A stretch of DNA of 64,000 nt from Tagaea sp. (GCA_965279525.1 CBDIIB010000005.1:1440001-1504000); one strand, 5' to 3'. Positions 31,436-41,622 are shown, counted from the first letter of the stretch. Numbers and translations are program-made. The notes: generated by a model from the letters alone, not told the origin.

Positions 31436-31458
31436 GAAAATAGGCCCACATACCCTCT

Positions 31459-31542
31459 CCCTCACCCCTCCCTCTCCCGCAAGCGGGGAGAGGGGGACGT
31501 TCTTGTCCCCTCTCCCCTCCGGGGAGAGGGCTAGGGTGAGGG
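31459..31542. repeat. Double-hairpin palindromic element, copy 1 (left of DUF559 gene)
   Basis: CCCTCACCC...GGGTGAGGG termini enclose two CCCTCTCCC-loop-GGGAGAGGG hairpins and a GGAC..GTCC core. Confidence 0.9.
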
Positions 31543-31589
31543 GAAGTTGCAGGATCTCGGTACATCCTTTAATTGTCCCACATGCCACG

Positions 31590-32031
31590 ATGCTCCGCGA
31601 ATTCGCGCGACGGATGCGCCGGGAACCGACGCTGGCGGCAGCGCCAGTTGTGGTGGATGCTGCGCGACCGGCGACTCGCCGGTTTCAAGTTCCGCCGCCA
31701 GGTCCCGGTCGGCCCCTATGTCCTCGACTTCCTGTGCAAGGACGCCAAGCAAATTGCTCTCGCGATCGAGGCGGATGGCGACCAGCATGCGGACTCATCC
31801 GCCGATGTGGCGCGTACGGCGTGGCTGACCGCGAACGGCTACCGCGTGCTGCGCTTCTGGAACGGCGAGATCCTGTCGAATCCGGAAGGAGTGTACGAAG
31901 CGATACTGGCGGCGCTCAGAGGCGAGTGTTACGAGGTATCAATCACCCTCACCCTAGCCCTCTCCCGCAAGCGGGAGAGGGGACAAGACCGGTGCATTCC
32001 CCTCTCCCCTTGCGGGAGAGGGCTAGGGTGA
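31590..32031 (+). pseudogene. DUF559 / Vsr-like endonuclease gene with a +1 frameshift
   Basis: MLREFARRMRREPTLA continues in another frame as RQLWWMLRDRRLAGFKFRRQVPVGPYVLDF...IEADGDQH...GYRVLRFWN. Removing C31639 restores ...PTLAERQLW... Confidence 0.85.
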
Positions 32032-32034
32032 GGG
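31946..32034. repeat. Double-hairpin palindromic element, copy 2 (right of DUF559 gene)
   Basis: CCCTCACCCTAGCCCTCTCCCGCAAG...CTTGCGGGAGAGGGCTAGGGTGAGGG, a 26-bp terminal inverted repeat. Confidence 0.92.
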
Positions 32035-32607
32035 GTGTGTCGCCAGCTTCGTCGGCTTCAGCCGGTCGCGCTGTCTTGCTGTCTCCGCGTCTTCCGGCGG
32101 GGCGGGGAGGCGGCGTTTGGCTTCGTGGATGATCTGTTCGGCGACGAGGTCGACGAGTTCGTCGCCTGTCTTCACGAGCGCGGCGGCCAGTTCGGACCCG
32201 AGCAGTGCCCGCACGGTGCGTTCGACATCCTCGGGCACCCGGCCGACGATGCGCTTGCCGTCGAGGTCGTGCAGCTTCACGCGGTGGACGAAGATGTGCA
32301 GGTTGCGCAGTGCGCGCAGCAAGGGCGCGTCGAGCCTGGCGATGCGCGCGTTGTAATCGCCACGATGGAAGGCGTAGCACTCGCTTCCTGCGATCGCGAT
32401 GGCGCACGTGGCGCGCGGGGCGCGTTCCACCAGTGCGGTCTCGCCGAACAGGCGGCCCTCGACCAGCTCGTCGAGCACGATCTCGCGCGGCTCCCTTGCG
32501 TGGAACAGCTTCACCTTGCCGGTCTTGAGGAGGAAGGCGTCGTTGCCCAGTTCCCCTTCGCGGAAGACGTACGTGCCGGCGATGTATTTGCGAACGAGTT
32601 CTTGCAT
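32023..32607 (-). CDS. Cyclic nucleotide-binding domain protein
   Basis: VFREGELG, GKVKL and LFGETALVERAPRATCAIA (phosphate-binding cassette). The stop codon lies inside repeat copy 2. Confidence 0.85.
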   Translation of the reverse strand: MQELVRKYIAGTYVFREGELGNDAFLLKTGKVKLFHAREPREIVLDELVEGRLFGETALVERAPRATCAIAIAGSECYAFHRGDYNARIARLDAPLLRALRNLHIFVHRVKLHDLDGKRIVGRVPEDVERTVRALLGSELAAALVKTGDELVDLVAEQIIHEAKRRLPAPPEDAETARQRDRLKPTKLATHPSP

Positions 32608-32658
32608 TGCCCCCGGTTCCGAGGGCAAGTGTCGGCCAAACCTGTTTCCGAACTGTTA

Positions 32659-34476
32659 ATGCCGCCGCTTCTGATCCTCCAGGACATACGTGTCGCCTTC
32701 GGCGACCCGCCCTTGCTCGACGGTGCCACCCTCGCGGTCGGCCCGGGCGAACGGCTGGCGCTTGTCGGGCGCAACGGCTCGGGCAAGTCGACGCTGCTCA
32801 AGATTGCGGCAGGGTTTGTCACGCCGGACGGCGGGACACGCTTCGTCCAGCCCGGTACCACGATGCGCTACCTGCCGCAGGAACCCGACCTCACCGGCTT
32901 CGACACCACACTTGCGTATGTCGAGGCGGGGCTGGTCGGCGACCAGGACCATTACCGCGCGCGCTACCTGCTTGAGCGCCTCGGCCTGACCGGGGAGGAA
33001 AACCCCGCCCATCTGTCGGGCGGCGAAGCGCGCCGGGCAGCCCTCGCGCGCGTGCTGGCCCCGTCGCCCGACATCCTGCTGATGGACGAGCCGACCAACC
33101 ATCTGGACCTGCCGGCCATCGCGTGGCTGGAAGCCGAACTCGCGAGCTTGCGCGGCGCCATGGTGACGATCAGCCACGACCGGCGCTTCCTGCAATCGCT
33201 GTCGCGCGCGATGGTGTGGCTCGACCGCGGCACCACGCGCCGGCTCGAACAGGGCTTTTCCGCGTTCGAGGAATGGCGCGACGACATTCTCACGCAGGAA
33301 GAAACGCAAGCCCACAAGCTCGTGCGCAAGATCGCGCGCGAGGAGGACTGGCTGCGCTACGGCGTGACCGCCAGGCGCAAGCGCAACGTGAAGCGGCTGG
33401 GCGACCTGCACGCCTTGCGCAAGCAGCGGCGTGAGCGCGTGGCCGCCGCCGGCAAGGCGACGATGTCGGCCTTCGCGGCCGATGGCTCCGGCACGCTCGT
33501 CATCGCGGCCGACGGTGTCACGAAGGAATATGGCGGCATCGCCGTCGTGCGTGATTTCTCGATCCGCATCCTGCGCGGCGACCGCATCGGCATCGTCGGC
33601 CCCAACGGGGCTGGCAAGACGACGCTGCTCAACATGCTGGTGGGTCAGCTTGCGCCCGACACCGGCGACGTGCGGCTGGGCACCGGCCTTGCGATGGTCA
33701 CGCTCGACCAGCGGCGCGAATCGCTCGACCCCGAGATGAGCCTTGCCGACACGCTGACCGGCGGGCACGGCGAGACCGTGTCGGTCGGCGGCACCACGCG
33801 CCACGTGCTGGCCTACATGAAGGACTTTCTCTTCGCCGCCCCGCAGGCGCGCACGAAGATGGCGGCGCTGTCGGGCGGCGAACGCGGCCGCGCGATGCTG
33901 GCACGCGCATTGGCGAAGCCCTCGAACCTGCTGGTGCTCGACGAGCCGACCAACGATCTCGACATCGAAACACTCGATCTGCTGCAGGAAGTGCTCGCCG
34001 AGTATACCGGCACCGTGCTTGTCGTCAGCCACGACCGCGACTTCCTCGACCGCGTGGCCACGTCCACCATCGTCGCCGAGGGCGACGGGCTGTGGCGCGA
34101 ATATGCCGGCGGCTATACCGACATGCTCGCCCAGCGCGGGCGCGGCGTGGAGGCGAAGTCGGTCCCGGTGTCGCTTGCCCCCACGCGCACGCCGGAAAAG
34201 CCGCGCGCGTCGAACGAACCGAAGAAGCGCATGGGCTTCAAGCAGAAGCACGCGCTCGAAACGCTGCCGGGCCGGATGGAAAAGCTGCGCGCCGCGATCG
34301 TCGCGGCGAACGCCGCGTTGGCCGATGCCGGTCTCTACGCGCGCGACCGCGCGGCATTCGACCGGCACACCGCTGCCCTCGCCAAGGCCGAAGCCGATCT
34401 GGCGGCCGCGGAAGACGAGTGGCTGGAGCTGGAGATGCTGCGCGAAGAGATCGAGAACCCCTCACCCTCACCCTAA
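32659..34476 (+). CDS. uup: ABC-F family ATPase (Uup-like)
   Basis: GRNGSGKS and GPNGAGKT, two LSGGE and DEPTN sets, GVTARRKRN linker and C-terminal coiled coil. Confidence 0.9.
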   Translation: MPPLLILQDIRVAFGDPPLLDGATLAVGPGERLALVGRNGSGKSTLLKIAAGFVTPDGGTRFVQPGTTMRYLPQEPDLTGFDTTLAYVEAGLVGDQDHYRARYLLERLGLTGEENPAHLSGGEARRAALARVLAPSPDILLMDEPTNHLDLPAIAWLEAELASLRGAMVTISHDRRFLQSLSRAMVWLDRGTTRRLEQGFSAFEEWRDDILTQEETQAHKLVRKIAREEDWLRYGVTARRKRNVKRLGDLHALRKQRRERVAAAGKATMSAFAADGSGTLVIAADGVTKEYGGIAVVRDFSIRILRGDRIGIVGPNGAGKTTLLNMLVGQLAPDTGDVRLGTGLAMVTLDQRRESLDPEMSLADTLTGGHGETVSVGGTTRHVLAYMKDFLFAAPQARTKMAALSGGERGRAMLARALAKPSNLLVLDEPTNDLDIETLDLLQEVLAEYTGTVLVVSHDRDFLDRVATSTIVAEGDGLWREYAGGYTDMLAQRGRGVEAKSVPVSLAPTRTPEKPRASNEPKKRMGFKQKHALETLPGRMEKLRAAIVAANAALADAGLYARDRAAFDRHTAALAKAEADLAAAEDEWLELEMLREEIENPSPSP

Positions 34477-34552
34477 CCCTCTCCCGCAAACGGGAGAGGG
34501 GACAAGAGTGAGCGTCCCCCTCTCCCCTCCGGGGAGAGGGCCGGGGTGAGGG
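34465..34552. repeat. Double-hairpin palindromic element, copy 3 (solo, between convergent uup and pirin)
   Basis: CCCTCACCCTAACCCTCTCCCGCAAACGGGAGAGGG-GACAAGAGTGAGCGTC-CCCCTCTCCCCTCCGGGGAGAGGGCCGGGGTGAGGG. Confidence 0.9.
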
Positions 34553-34559
34553 GTGGCCC

Positions 34560-35411
34560 TCAGAACTTCCCCGCCCGATAATCCTCGATCGCCTGGCGGA
34601 TCTCGGCTTCGGTGTTCATCACGAACGGGCCGTATTTGGCGACGGGTTCGCCCAGCGGCTTGCCGGCCACGAGGATGACGCGGGCGGGTTCGTCGCCGGT
34701 GCGCAACGTCACGCGGTCGCCCGCCGACAGCACGCCCATCTCGCCCTTCGACAACGGCGTGGGGCCGGCGACGGCGACACCTTCATAGACATAGAGGAAC
34801 GCGTTGTGTCCGGTGGCGACGGGTACGGCGATGCTCGCCTGCGGGGCGAGCGTCACGTCCAGATAGAGCGGCTCGGTCGCACCGGTGCGGACCGGACCCG
34901 CTGCACCGGCATAGCGCCCGGCGATCACCTTGACGCTCGAACCGTCGCCAAGCTCCACGACCGGCATCGCGTCGGCCGGCAGGTCCTGGTAGGCGGGTTC
35001 GCACATCTTGTCGGCTGCGGGCAGATTGACCCACAGCTGGAAGCCGCGCATCAGCCCTTCTTCCTGTTCGGGCATTTCCGAATGCACGATGCCGCGCCCG
35101 GCGGTCATCCACTGCACCGAACCGGGGCCAAGCAGGCCCACGTTGCCCTTGTTGTCGCCGTGGCGCATGCGCCCGTCGAGCATGTACGTGACCGTCTCGA
35201 AGCCGCGGTGCGGATGGTCGGGGAAGCCGGCGAGATAGGCATCCGGATCGTCCGAGCCGAACTCGTCGAGCATCAGGAACGGGTCGAGGTCGGGCAGGGC
35301 CCGCGTGCCGATCACGCGCGTGAGACGCACGCCGGCCCCGTCGCTGGTCGGCTGGCCCTTCACGATGCGGGCGACGGCGCGTTCGCGCAGGTCGGAGGCG
35401 ATGTCGGTCAT
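34560..35411 (-). CDS. Pirin family protein
   Basis: DPFLMLDEF, FPDHPHRGFETVTY, WMTAGRGIVHSE and GPFVMN. Confidence 0.95.
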   Translation of the reverse strand: MTDIASDLRERAVARIVKGQPTSDGAGVRLTRVIGTRALPDLDPFLMLDEFGSDDPDAYLAGFPDHPHRGFETVTYMLDGRMRHGDNKGNVGLLGPGSVQWMTAGRGIVHSEMPEQEEGLMRGFQLWVNLPAADKMCEPAYQDLPADAMPVVELGDGSSVKVIAGRYAGAAGPVRTGATEPLYLDVTLAPQASIAVPVATGHNAFLYVYEGVAVAGPTPLSKGEMGVLSAGDRVTLRTGDEPARVILVAGKPLGEPVAKYGPFVMNTEAEIRQAIEDYRAGKF

Positions 35412-35618
35412 GGTCGGATCCTTCGCAAGGTTCGCCGGATATTTGGGCGTTCCGCGACAGTTTTGCCAGATGCAGGCCCGCAACGCACCGTTCGCATGGC
35501 AGCAATGATGCACCCGAACCGTCACATTCCGGCTCGATTCTTGCGATAGACTGGCTTCCAAGTTGGGGAGTGAAGCGCATCTGCCATGTCCGTCTCCGGA
35601 CGAAGGGAAGATGTGCCA

Positions 35619-36152
35619 ATGCTTTACTATCGCAAGCTTCGCAGCTTCGACGCCGCCGATTTCGAAGCGCACCTGCTGAAGCTGGACGCGGCCGACCGGC
35701 GTGCCCGCTTTTCGGGCAACGTTTCCGACGCGGTCGTGGCGGCCCATGCCGCATCCGTCGACTGGCCTTCCGCCTGCCTGCTCGGCTGTTTTGACGGCAC
35801 GCTGCTGTGCGCGGTCGCCGAACTGCATGCCGACGGGAACCTTGCCGCGCGCGGCGGCGAATTCGCCGTGACGGTCGCACCCGCCTATCGCAACCGCGGT
35901 GTGGGGAGCGAGCTTCTGCGCCGCACGATCCTGCTGGCGCGCAACCGGATGATCGGCCGGCTGCACATGATCTGCCTGATCGACAACCAGCCGATGCGCC
36001 GCATGGCCGACAAGTTCCACGGCCAGCTCGATTTCGAGGACGGCCAGGTGTGGGCGAAGCTCGCCGTGCCCTATCCCGATCCGATGTCGCTGTTCTCGGA
36101 AGCCTATGCCGAAGGGATGGGGCTCGCCGCCGCGATGGGGGCCGCGCGGTAG
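35619..36152 (+). CDS. GNAT family N-acetyltransferase
   Basis: DRRARF, EFAVTVAPAYRNRGVG (motif A) and DNQPMRRMA. Confidence 0.85.
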   Translation: MLYYRKLRSFDAADFEAHLLKLDAADRRARFSGNVSDAVVAAHAASVDWPSACLLGCFDGTLLCAVAELHADGNLAARGGEFAVTVAPAYRNRGVGSELLRRTILLARNRMIGRLHMICLIDNQPMRRMADKFHGQLDFEDGQVWAKLAVPYPDPMSLFSEAYAEGMGLAAAMGAAR

Positions 36153-36154
36153 AT

Positions 36155-37717
36155 TCAGCCCGCCGTCTGGAACCGCGCGAGGAACTCGGCGAACGGCATC
36201 GGCCTTCCGAAATGCCAGCCTTGCGCGAACCGGACGCCGTGCTCGCGCAGGAACTGCGCCTGGGCTTCGGTCTCGACGCCCTCGGCGATCATCTCGAGCT
36301 TGAGGGACTTGGCCATCTCGATGATGTGGTGCACGACCTGGCTTGTCGCGGCCTCGGTGCCGATCGTGTCGACGAACGACTTGTCGATCTTCAGATAGTC
36401 GATCTCGAAACTCTCGAGCGACGACAGGCTCGAATAGCCGGTGCCGAAATCGTCGATGGCGACCCGCAGCCCCGCCGCGCGCAGCCGCCGGACGATGGCG
36501 CCCGCCAGCTTCGGGTCCGTGAAGCCGCGCTCGGTCGCCTCGACGATGAGATTGCCCGGCGCCGCCGCCGTCGCTTCGACCAGCCGTTCGAGCAGGGCGA
36601 CGGTCGTTTGCGAATGCAGGTCCTGCGACGACAGGTTTATGCCGATATGCAGGTTCGGATGCGTGCGGAACAGGCCGGCTGCGTCGCGGGCGACGAGTTT
36701 GACGACGCGCTCGGTGACGCGCTGGATCAGCCCGGCCCGCTCGGCCACCGGTATGAAGATGTCGGGCCGGACGGTCTCGCCGCCGCGCCGGCGCCAGCGG
36801 ATCAGCGCCTCGGCGCCGACCCATCGGCCGGTGCCGAGTTCCACGATCGGCTGATAGTGAAGGTGGAACTCGTCGTGCTTCAGGGCCGAGCGGATCACGG
36901 CCGGCATCGCAAGCTGGAGCCGCGCCAGGAACACGACGGCCGCCAGCAGGACCAGCCCGGCCGCCACGCCCACCGGCACGAGGATCTTCGTCGTCTCCCA
37001 CACGCGGTCGTCCAGCCGCGCGCGCGGCAGGGCGGCGATGGTGCCGATGTGGTAGCGCTTCGACGCGACGATGGCCACGATGCGGTCGCCTTCCACGAAC
37101 ACGGCCTCGGACCGGTCGCCGAGCCGGGCGACCCACTCGGGATGGATGTAGCCGCGCGAGGCCAGCACCCGGCGCTGGCCGCCCGACAGCGTCGCAAGCG
37201 AGATGTCGGCATCCACGGTCGTCACGTCGATGGGCAGATCCTTGTGGATGATCGCGGCGAATCCGTCCTGCTCGACCACCATGAACTTTTGCCCGGGTGC
37301 GAACGGAAACTCGACATTGATCCGGATTTTGGCACCCGCGGGCTGGACGACATCGACTTCGCCGAGCTGGAGGCGACTGCCATCGTTGCTGATCGACGAG
37401 CAGACGAATTCGTTTCCCGAGACGTGGCCGATGGCCTGGAGATAGCTCGACCCGATGTCGATCTCCTTCATCAGCGCGATCGCCTTGTCCGAGCACGGGT
37501 CCGTGCTGACGGCGTCGACGAGCCGGCCGATTCCGGACACGAGCTGGTCGGCGGTGCTGTCCGATCTCGACAGGGCGTCGCGCGCATAGACGAGCGCCAG
37601 ATCGGTCTCGGCGCGAAGCCCCTGCCGTTTCGCGAGTTCGAGCGCCAGCAGGACGGGTGCCGCGATCGCGGCGGCCCCGACGACCAGCGTCAGGAGCAAG
37701 GCGGCCCTTTTCTCCAT
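36155..37717 (-). CDS. CSS-motif EAL-domain c-di-GMP phosphodiesterase (PdeC/YjcC-like)
   Basis: TM-periplasmic domain-TM architecture with PCS and [34 protein letters not shown] and QGW motifs are intact. Confidence 0.92.
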   Translation of the reverse strand: MEKRAALLLTLVVGAAAIAAPVLLALELAKRQGLRAETDLALVYARDALSRSDSTADQLVSGIGRLVDAVSTDPCSDKAIALMKEIDIGSSYLQAIGHVSGNEFVCSSISNDGSRLQLGEVDVVQPAGAKIRINVEFPFAPGQKFMVVEQDGFAAIIHKDLPIDVTTVDADISLATLSGGQRRVLASRGYIHPEWVARLGDRSEAVFVEGDRIVAIVASKRYHIGTIAALPRARLDDRVWETTKILVPVGVAAGLVLLAAVVFLARLQLAMPAVIRSALKHDEFHLHYQPIVELGTGRWVGAEALIRWRRRGGETVRPDIFIPVAERAGLIQRVTERVVKLVARDAAGLFRTHPNLHIGINLSSQDLHSQTTVALLERLVEATAAAPGNLIVEATERGFTDPKLAGAIVRRLRAAGLRVAIDDFGTGYSSLSSLESFEIDYLKIDKSFVDTIGTEAATSQVVHHIIEMAKSLKLEMIAEGVETEAQAQFLREHGVRFAQGWHFGRPMPFAEFLARFQTAG

Positions 37718-37908
37718 CGAGCTCCACCGCGGGTTGCCGGAATTCTTCGGACCGGGTCATGCCTGTCGGATCGAGCGCTATTTTCTGGCTTCCGTCACCA
37801 CGCTATATCTTCCCGATCGGGACACATAGCGGGATTTCCCCGATCGCGGGGCCGGCGCGCCAGATTGCGCTTGCCCCTGCGGCGGCAAAACCGGTATCCG
37901 CTTGCCGC

Positions 37909-38466
37909 ATGATCCGCACGACAGTCCATCTCATCCGCCACGGCCAGTCCCAGTTCAACGCCGCGTTCGACAGCATCAAGCGCATCGATCCGATGATCTT
38001 CGATCCGCGCCTGACCGAACTGGGACGCGCGCAGGCCGCGGCCCTTGCCGATCGCGCGCGCTGGGCGAAGGTCGAACTCGTCGTCGCCTCGCCGCTGACG
38101 CGCGCGATCGAGACCGCCCATCTCGCCTTCGACGGACACACGGCCCCCTTTCGCGTCGAGGCGCTGCACCGCGAGCGTGCCGAGCATTCGGGCGACATCG
38201 GCCGGCGCACGCAGGCACTGAAGGCCGATTTCCCGCATCTGGATTTCGACCATCTCGACGATCCGTGGTGGCATCACGATCCGGCCCGTCCCGACGCGAT
38301 CGCGGTCGAGAGCGAGGACCATCTGCTGGCGCGCGTGGAAACGTTCCGCGACTGGCTTGTCCAGCGGCGCGAGCGCGAGATCGCGGTCGTGGGCCACGGC
38401 ACGTTCCTCAACCGGCTTACCGGCAGGCATTTCCAGAACTGCGAAGTCCTGACGCTGGAGTTCTAG
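37909..38466 (+). CDS. Histidine phosphatase family protein
   Basis: LIRHGQS, SPLTRA and VVGHG. Confidence 0.9.
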   Translation: MIRTTVHLIRHGQSQFNAAFDSIKRIDPMIFDPRLTELGRAQAAALADRARWAKVELVVASPLTRAIETAHLAFDGHTAPFRVEALHRERAEHSGDIGRRTQALKADFPHLDFDHLDDPWWHHDPARPDAIAVESEDHLLARVETFRDWLVQRREREIAVVGHGTFLNRLTGRHFQNCEVLTLEF

Positions 38467-38520
38467 ACAGCCCGGGCTCCACGGCCGATGATGTCCGCCT
38501 TTCCCATCGTGGAGGCCGAC

Positions 38521-38850
38521 ATGCGCGGAATGCGGGTTTTCTTCGTCGCGACCGGGCTTTGCATCGCGGGACTTTCGCCAGCACTCGCCGATGCGATCGA
38601 CGGCGACTGGTGTTCGCCCAACGGCGCGCGGCATCTCTCCATCGACGGCCCGCGCATCGTCACTCCCACCGGTGCACGCATCGAGGGCAGCTACACGCGG
38701 CATACATTCGACTATGTCGCGCCGGCACGCGAACCCGAAGCGGGCAAGCGCGTCGAGATGCGCCTGATGGGCGAAACAGCGGTACAGTTCAGACCCGACG
38801 GCGAAAGCCAAGCGCAGATCTGGCGGCGATGCGCACGTCCCAATAGTTGA
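38521..38850 (+). CDS. Hypothetical exported protein
   Basis: Signal peptide ending in ALA, DAIDGDWC and a C-terminal WRRC. The two Cys could form a disulfide. Confidence 0.75.
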   Translation: MRGMRVFFVATGLCIAGLSPALADAIDGDWCSPNGARHLSIDGPRIVTPTGARIEGSYTRHTFDYVAPAREPEAGKRVEMRLMGETAVQFRPDGESQAQIWRRCARPNS

Positions 38851-39166
38851 GCGGTACTCTCAAAAGCGCGGATTTCCTCGGTTTTTGAAGATCGACCGTC
38901 GCGCAACATCGATTCTATCGGCATTTTCACAATTTTCCTGCTTGCCAAGATTCGGGCGAAGCGGCATACCGAGTCTCAACCGCATGGCCGATTCGCCATC
39001 GAGTCGCCCTTCAAGGCGCTTCGAACGGATCGTCCAGCGGCGGCGCGTACGCCAACCGGGATGTCCCCGACCTGGCGCGCGCGACGTCCCGCCCCCGAGG
39101 GTCTCCGCGCCCGCGTTGCGAGGACCGTCGACAACCAAGAACCCTCAAGAGGAGGCCTATCCTCAA

Positions 39167-39457
39167 ATGGCCGAGAAGCAAGAAGTTGTGACGCTGAAGG
39201 CGATCGCTTACGAGCTCGCCGAGAAGCACGAGATCTCCAAGAAGCAGTCGGTCGAAGTCCTCGACGGCTTCGTGGCTGCCCTGACGAAGAGCCTCAAGAA
39301 GGGCGCGAAGATCCGCGTTCCGGGCCTGGGCATCTTCCAGGTGCGCAAGCGCCCGGCCCGCATGGGCCGCAACCCGGCGACGGGCGAAGCCATCAAGATC
39401 AAGGCGTCGAAGAAGGTTGCCTTCCGCGCTGCCAAGGATCTCAAGGAAGCGGTCTGA
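39167..39457 (+). CDS. HU family DNA-binding protein
   Basis: GAGGAGG RBS. GLGIFQVRKRPARMGRNPATGE...FRAAKDLKEAV. Confidence 0.95.
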   Translation: MAEKQEVVTLKAIAYELAEKHEISKKQSVEVLDGFVAALTKSLKKGAKIRVPGLGIFQVRKRPARMGRNPATGEAIKIKASKKVAFRAAKDLKEAV

Positions 39458-39487
39458 GCTTTCTTCTGATTTGATCTGACGACGTTC

Positions 39488-39526
39488 GAGGGGCGCGGGA
39501 TTTCGATCTCGCGCCCTTCTTCGTTT
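39488..39526 (+). terminator. Intrinsic terminator after the HU gene
   Basis: GAGGGGCGCGGGAT-TTCG-ATCTCGCGCCCTTC hairpin followed by TTCGTTT. Confidence 0.7.
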
Positions 39527-39537
39527 GGGGGTGCCGG

Positions 39538-39906
39538 ATGATGCTGAGTTACGTGATGCAGGGCACGAACGACCCGGAAGCGGCGTTCGCCTTCTACGAC
39601 GCGGTCCTCGCCCCGCTCGGCTATGTGCGCGGGGCCGGCACGCGTGGCTACGGGCCGCCGGGTGGCCCGCTCGAATTCTGGGTCGGCCGGCCCTTCGACG
39701 GCAAGCCGCACAATGTCGGCAATGGCTCGATGGTGTGCTTCATTGCACCCAGCCGTGCGGCCGTCGACGCCTTCCACGCCGCGTGCCTTGCCAATGGCGG
39801 CACGGATGAAGGCCCGCCAGGCATCCGGCGCTATGCCGCCGACTGGTACGCCGCCTACGCCCGTGACCGCGACGGCAACAAGCTGAGCGCGGTTTTCCGG
39901 GGTTGA
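39538..39906 (+). CDS. VOC/glyoxalase family protein
   Basis: FYDAVL, GNGSMVCF, VDAFH, DEGPPGIR and YARDRDGNKL. Confidence 0.88.
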   Translation: MMLSYVMQGTNDPEAAFAFYDAVLAPLGYVRGAGTRGYGPPGGPLEFWVGRPFDGKPHNVGNGSMVCFIAPSRAAVDAFHAACLANGGTDEGPPGIRRYAADWYAAYARDRDGNKLSAVFRG

Positions 39907-40029
39907 TGCCGCCCCTTGTATCCGACTACATTCGACCCCGCGCGCGGCACAACAGGGGCGAAACCCGCCGTCGCGCGCCCCGATCCTGACCGTCAGTGGC
40001 AGGCGTGGAAACCTGGGAGCGAAACGAAA

Positions 40030-41085
<1,056 letters not shown>

Positions 41086-41092
41086 GACGGTT

Positions 41093-41119
41093 TCCGGCCG
41101 GGTTTTGCGCCCGGCCGGA
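41093..41119. terminator. Stem-loop after the MalK-like gene
   Basis: TCCGGCCGGG-7 nt-CCCGGCCGGA, a 10-bp stem. No U-tract. Confidence 0.4.
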
Positions 41120-41182
41120 CGACCGCTAGGGAACGGGGGCCTCCGGGTGTAGAATTCCTCTCCTTCAGGGGAGGGACGCGCC

Positions 41183-41542
41183 ATGGCCTTGCCGGTTCCC
41201 GGTACCCGTTCGAAGCTCGCGATCCACGTCGCCGCCGGTGCCGCCGCCGACGACAAGAGCGTCATCGTCAAGCTGGTCGGGGTCACGCTGGTCTTCATCA
41301 CGGTGATGGGGATCATCGGCTATGTCGTGACCCGCTTTCCCGAACTGCTGACGGACGACAGCATCGCCGTCGTCGACGGCGTGGCCGTCAGCGTGCCCGA
41401 CGAACGCAATGCCGGGGAGTCGCAGACCTACCGCTGCCGGATGAGCAAGGAATTCGTCATGGAGCCGAACTCGACCCGCGTCAGCACGACCGTCACGCGG
41501 ACGGCCTGCGGCTACGAAAACACGGCCGGCCCGTCGCGATGA
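41183..41542 (+). CDS. Hypothetical single-pass membrane protein
   Basis: GGGAGG RBS, one TM helix (LVGVTLVFITVMGIIGYVV) and two Cys in the C-terminal part. Confidence 0.7.
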   Translation: MALPVPGTRSKLAIHVAAGAAADDKSVIVKLVGVTLVFITVMGIIGYVVTRFPELLTDDSIAVVDGVAVSVPDERNAGESQTYRCRMSKEFVMEPNSTRVSTTVTRTACGYENTAGPSR

Positions 41543-41622
41543 TGGGGGCGTTAACCGCCTGATCCGCAAAGCCGCCTCGCCGTCGCCGCACGCCCGCCGC
41601 ATTCGCGTGTAGAATCCGGCCT

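Noticed and set aside
31625-31650. Programmed ribosomal frameshift in the DUF559 gene
   Set aside because: No slippery heptamer or homopolymer. A single inserted C explains it.
31459-34552. CRISPR array or classical IS element
   Set aside because: Only three dispersed copies, no regular spacers, no cas genes, no DDE or HUH transposase and no evident target-site duplication.
34560-37760. 1066-aa ORF and similar long N-terminal extensions (195..1781, 4772..6646, 7335..10280, 45941..48190, 59848..61686)
   Set aside because: Stop-poor alternative frames in high-GC DNA. Only the C-terminal parts carry family motifs, so these are not real fusions.
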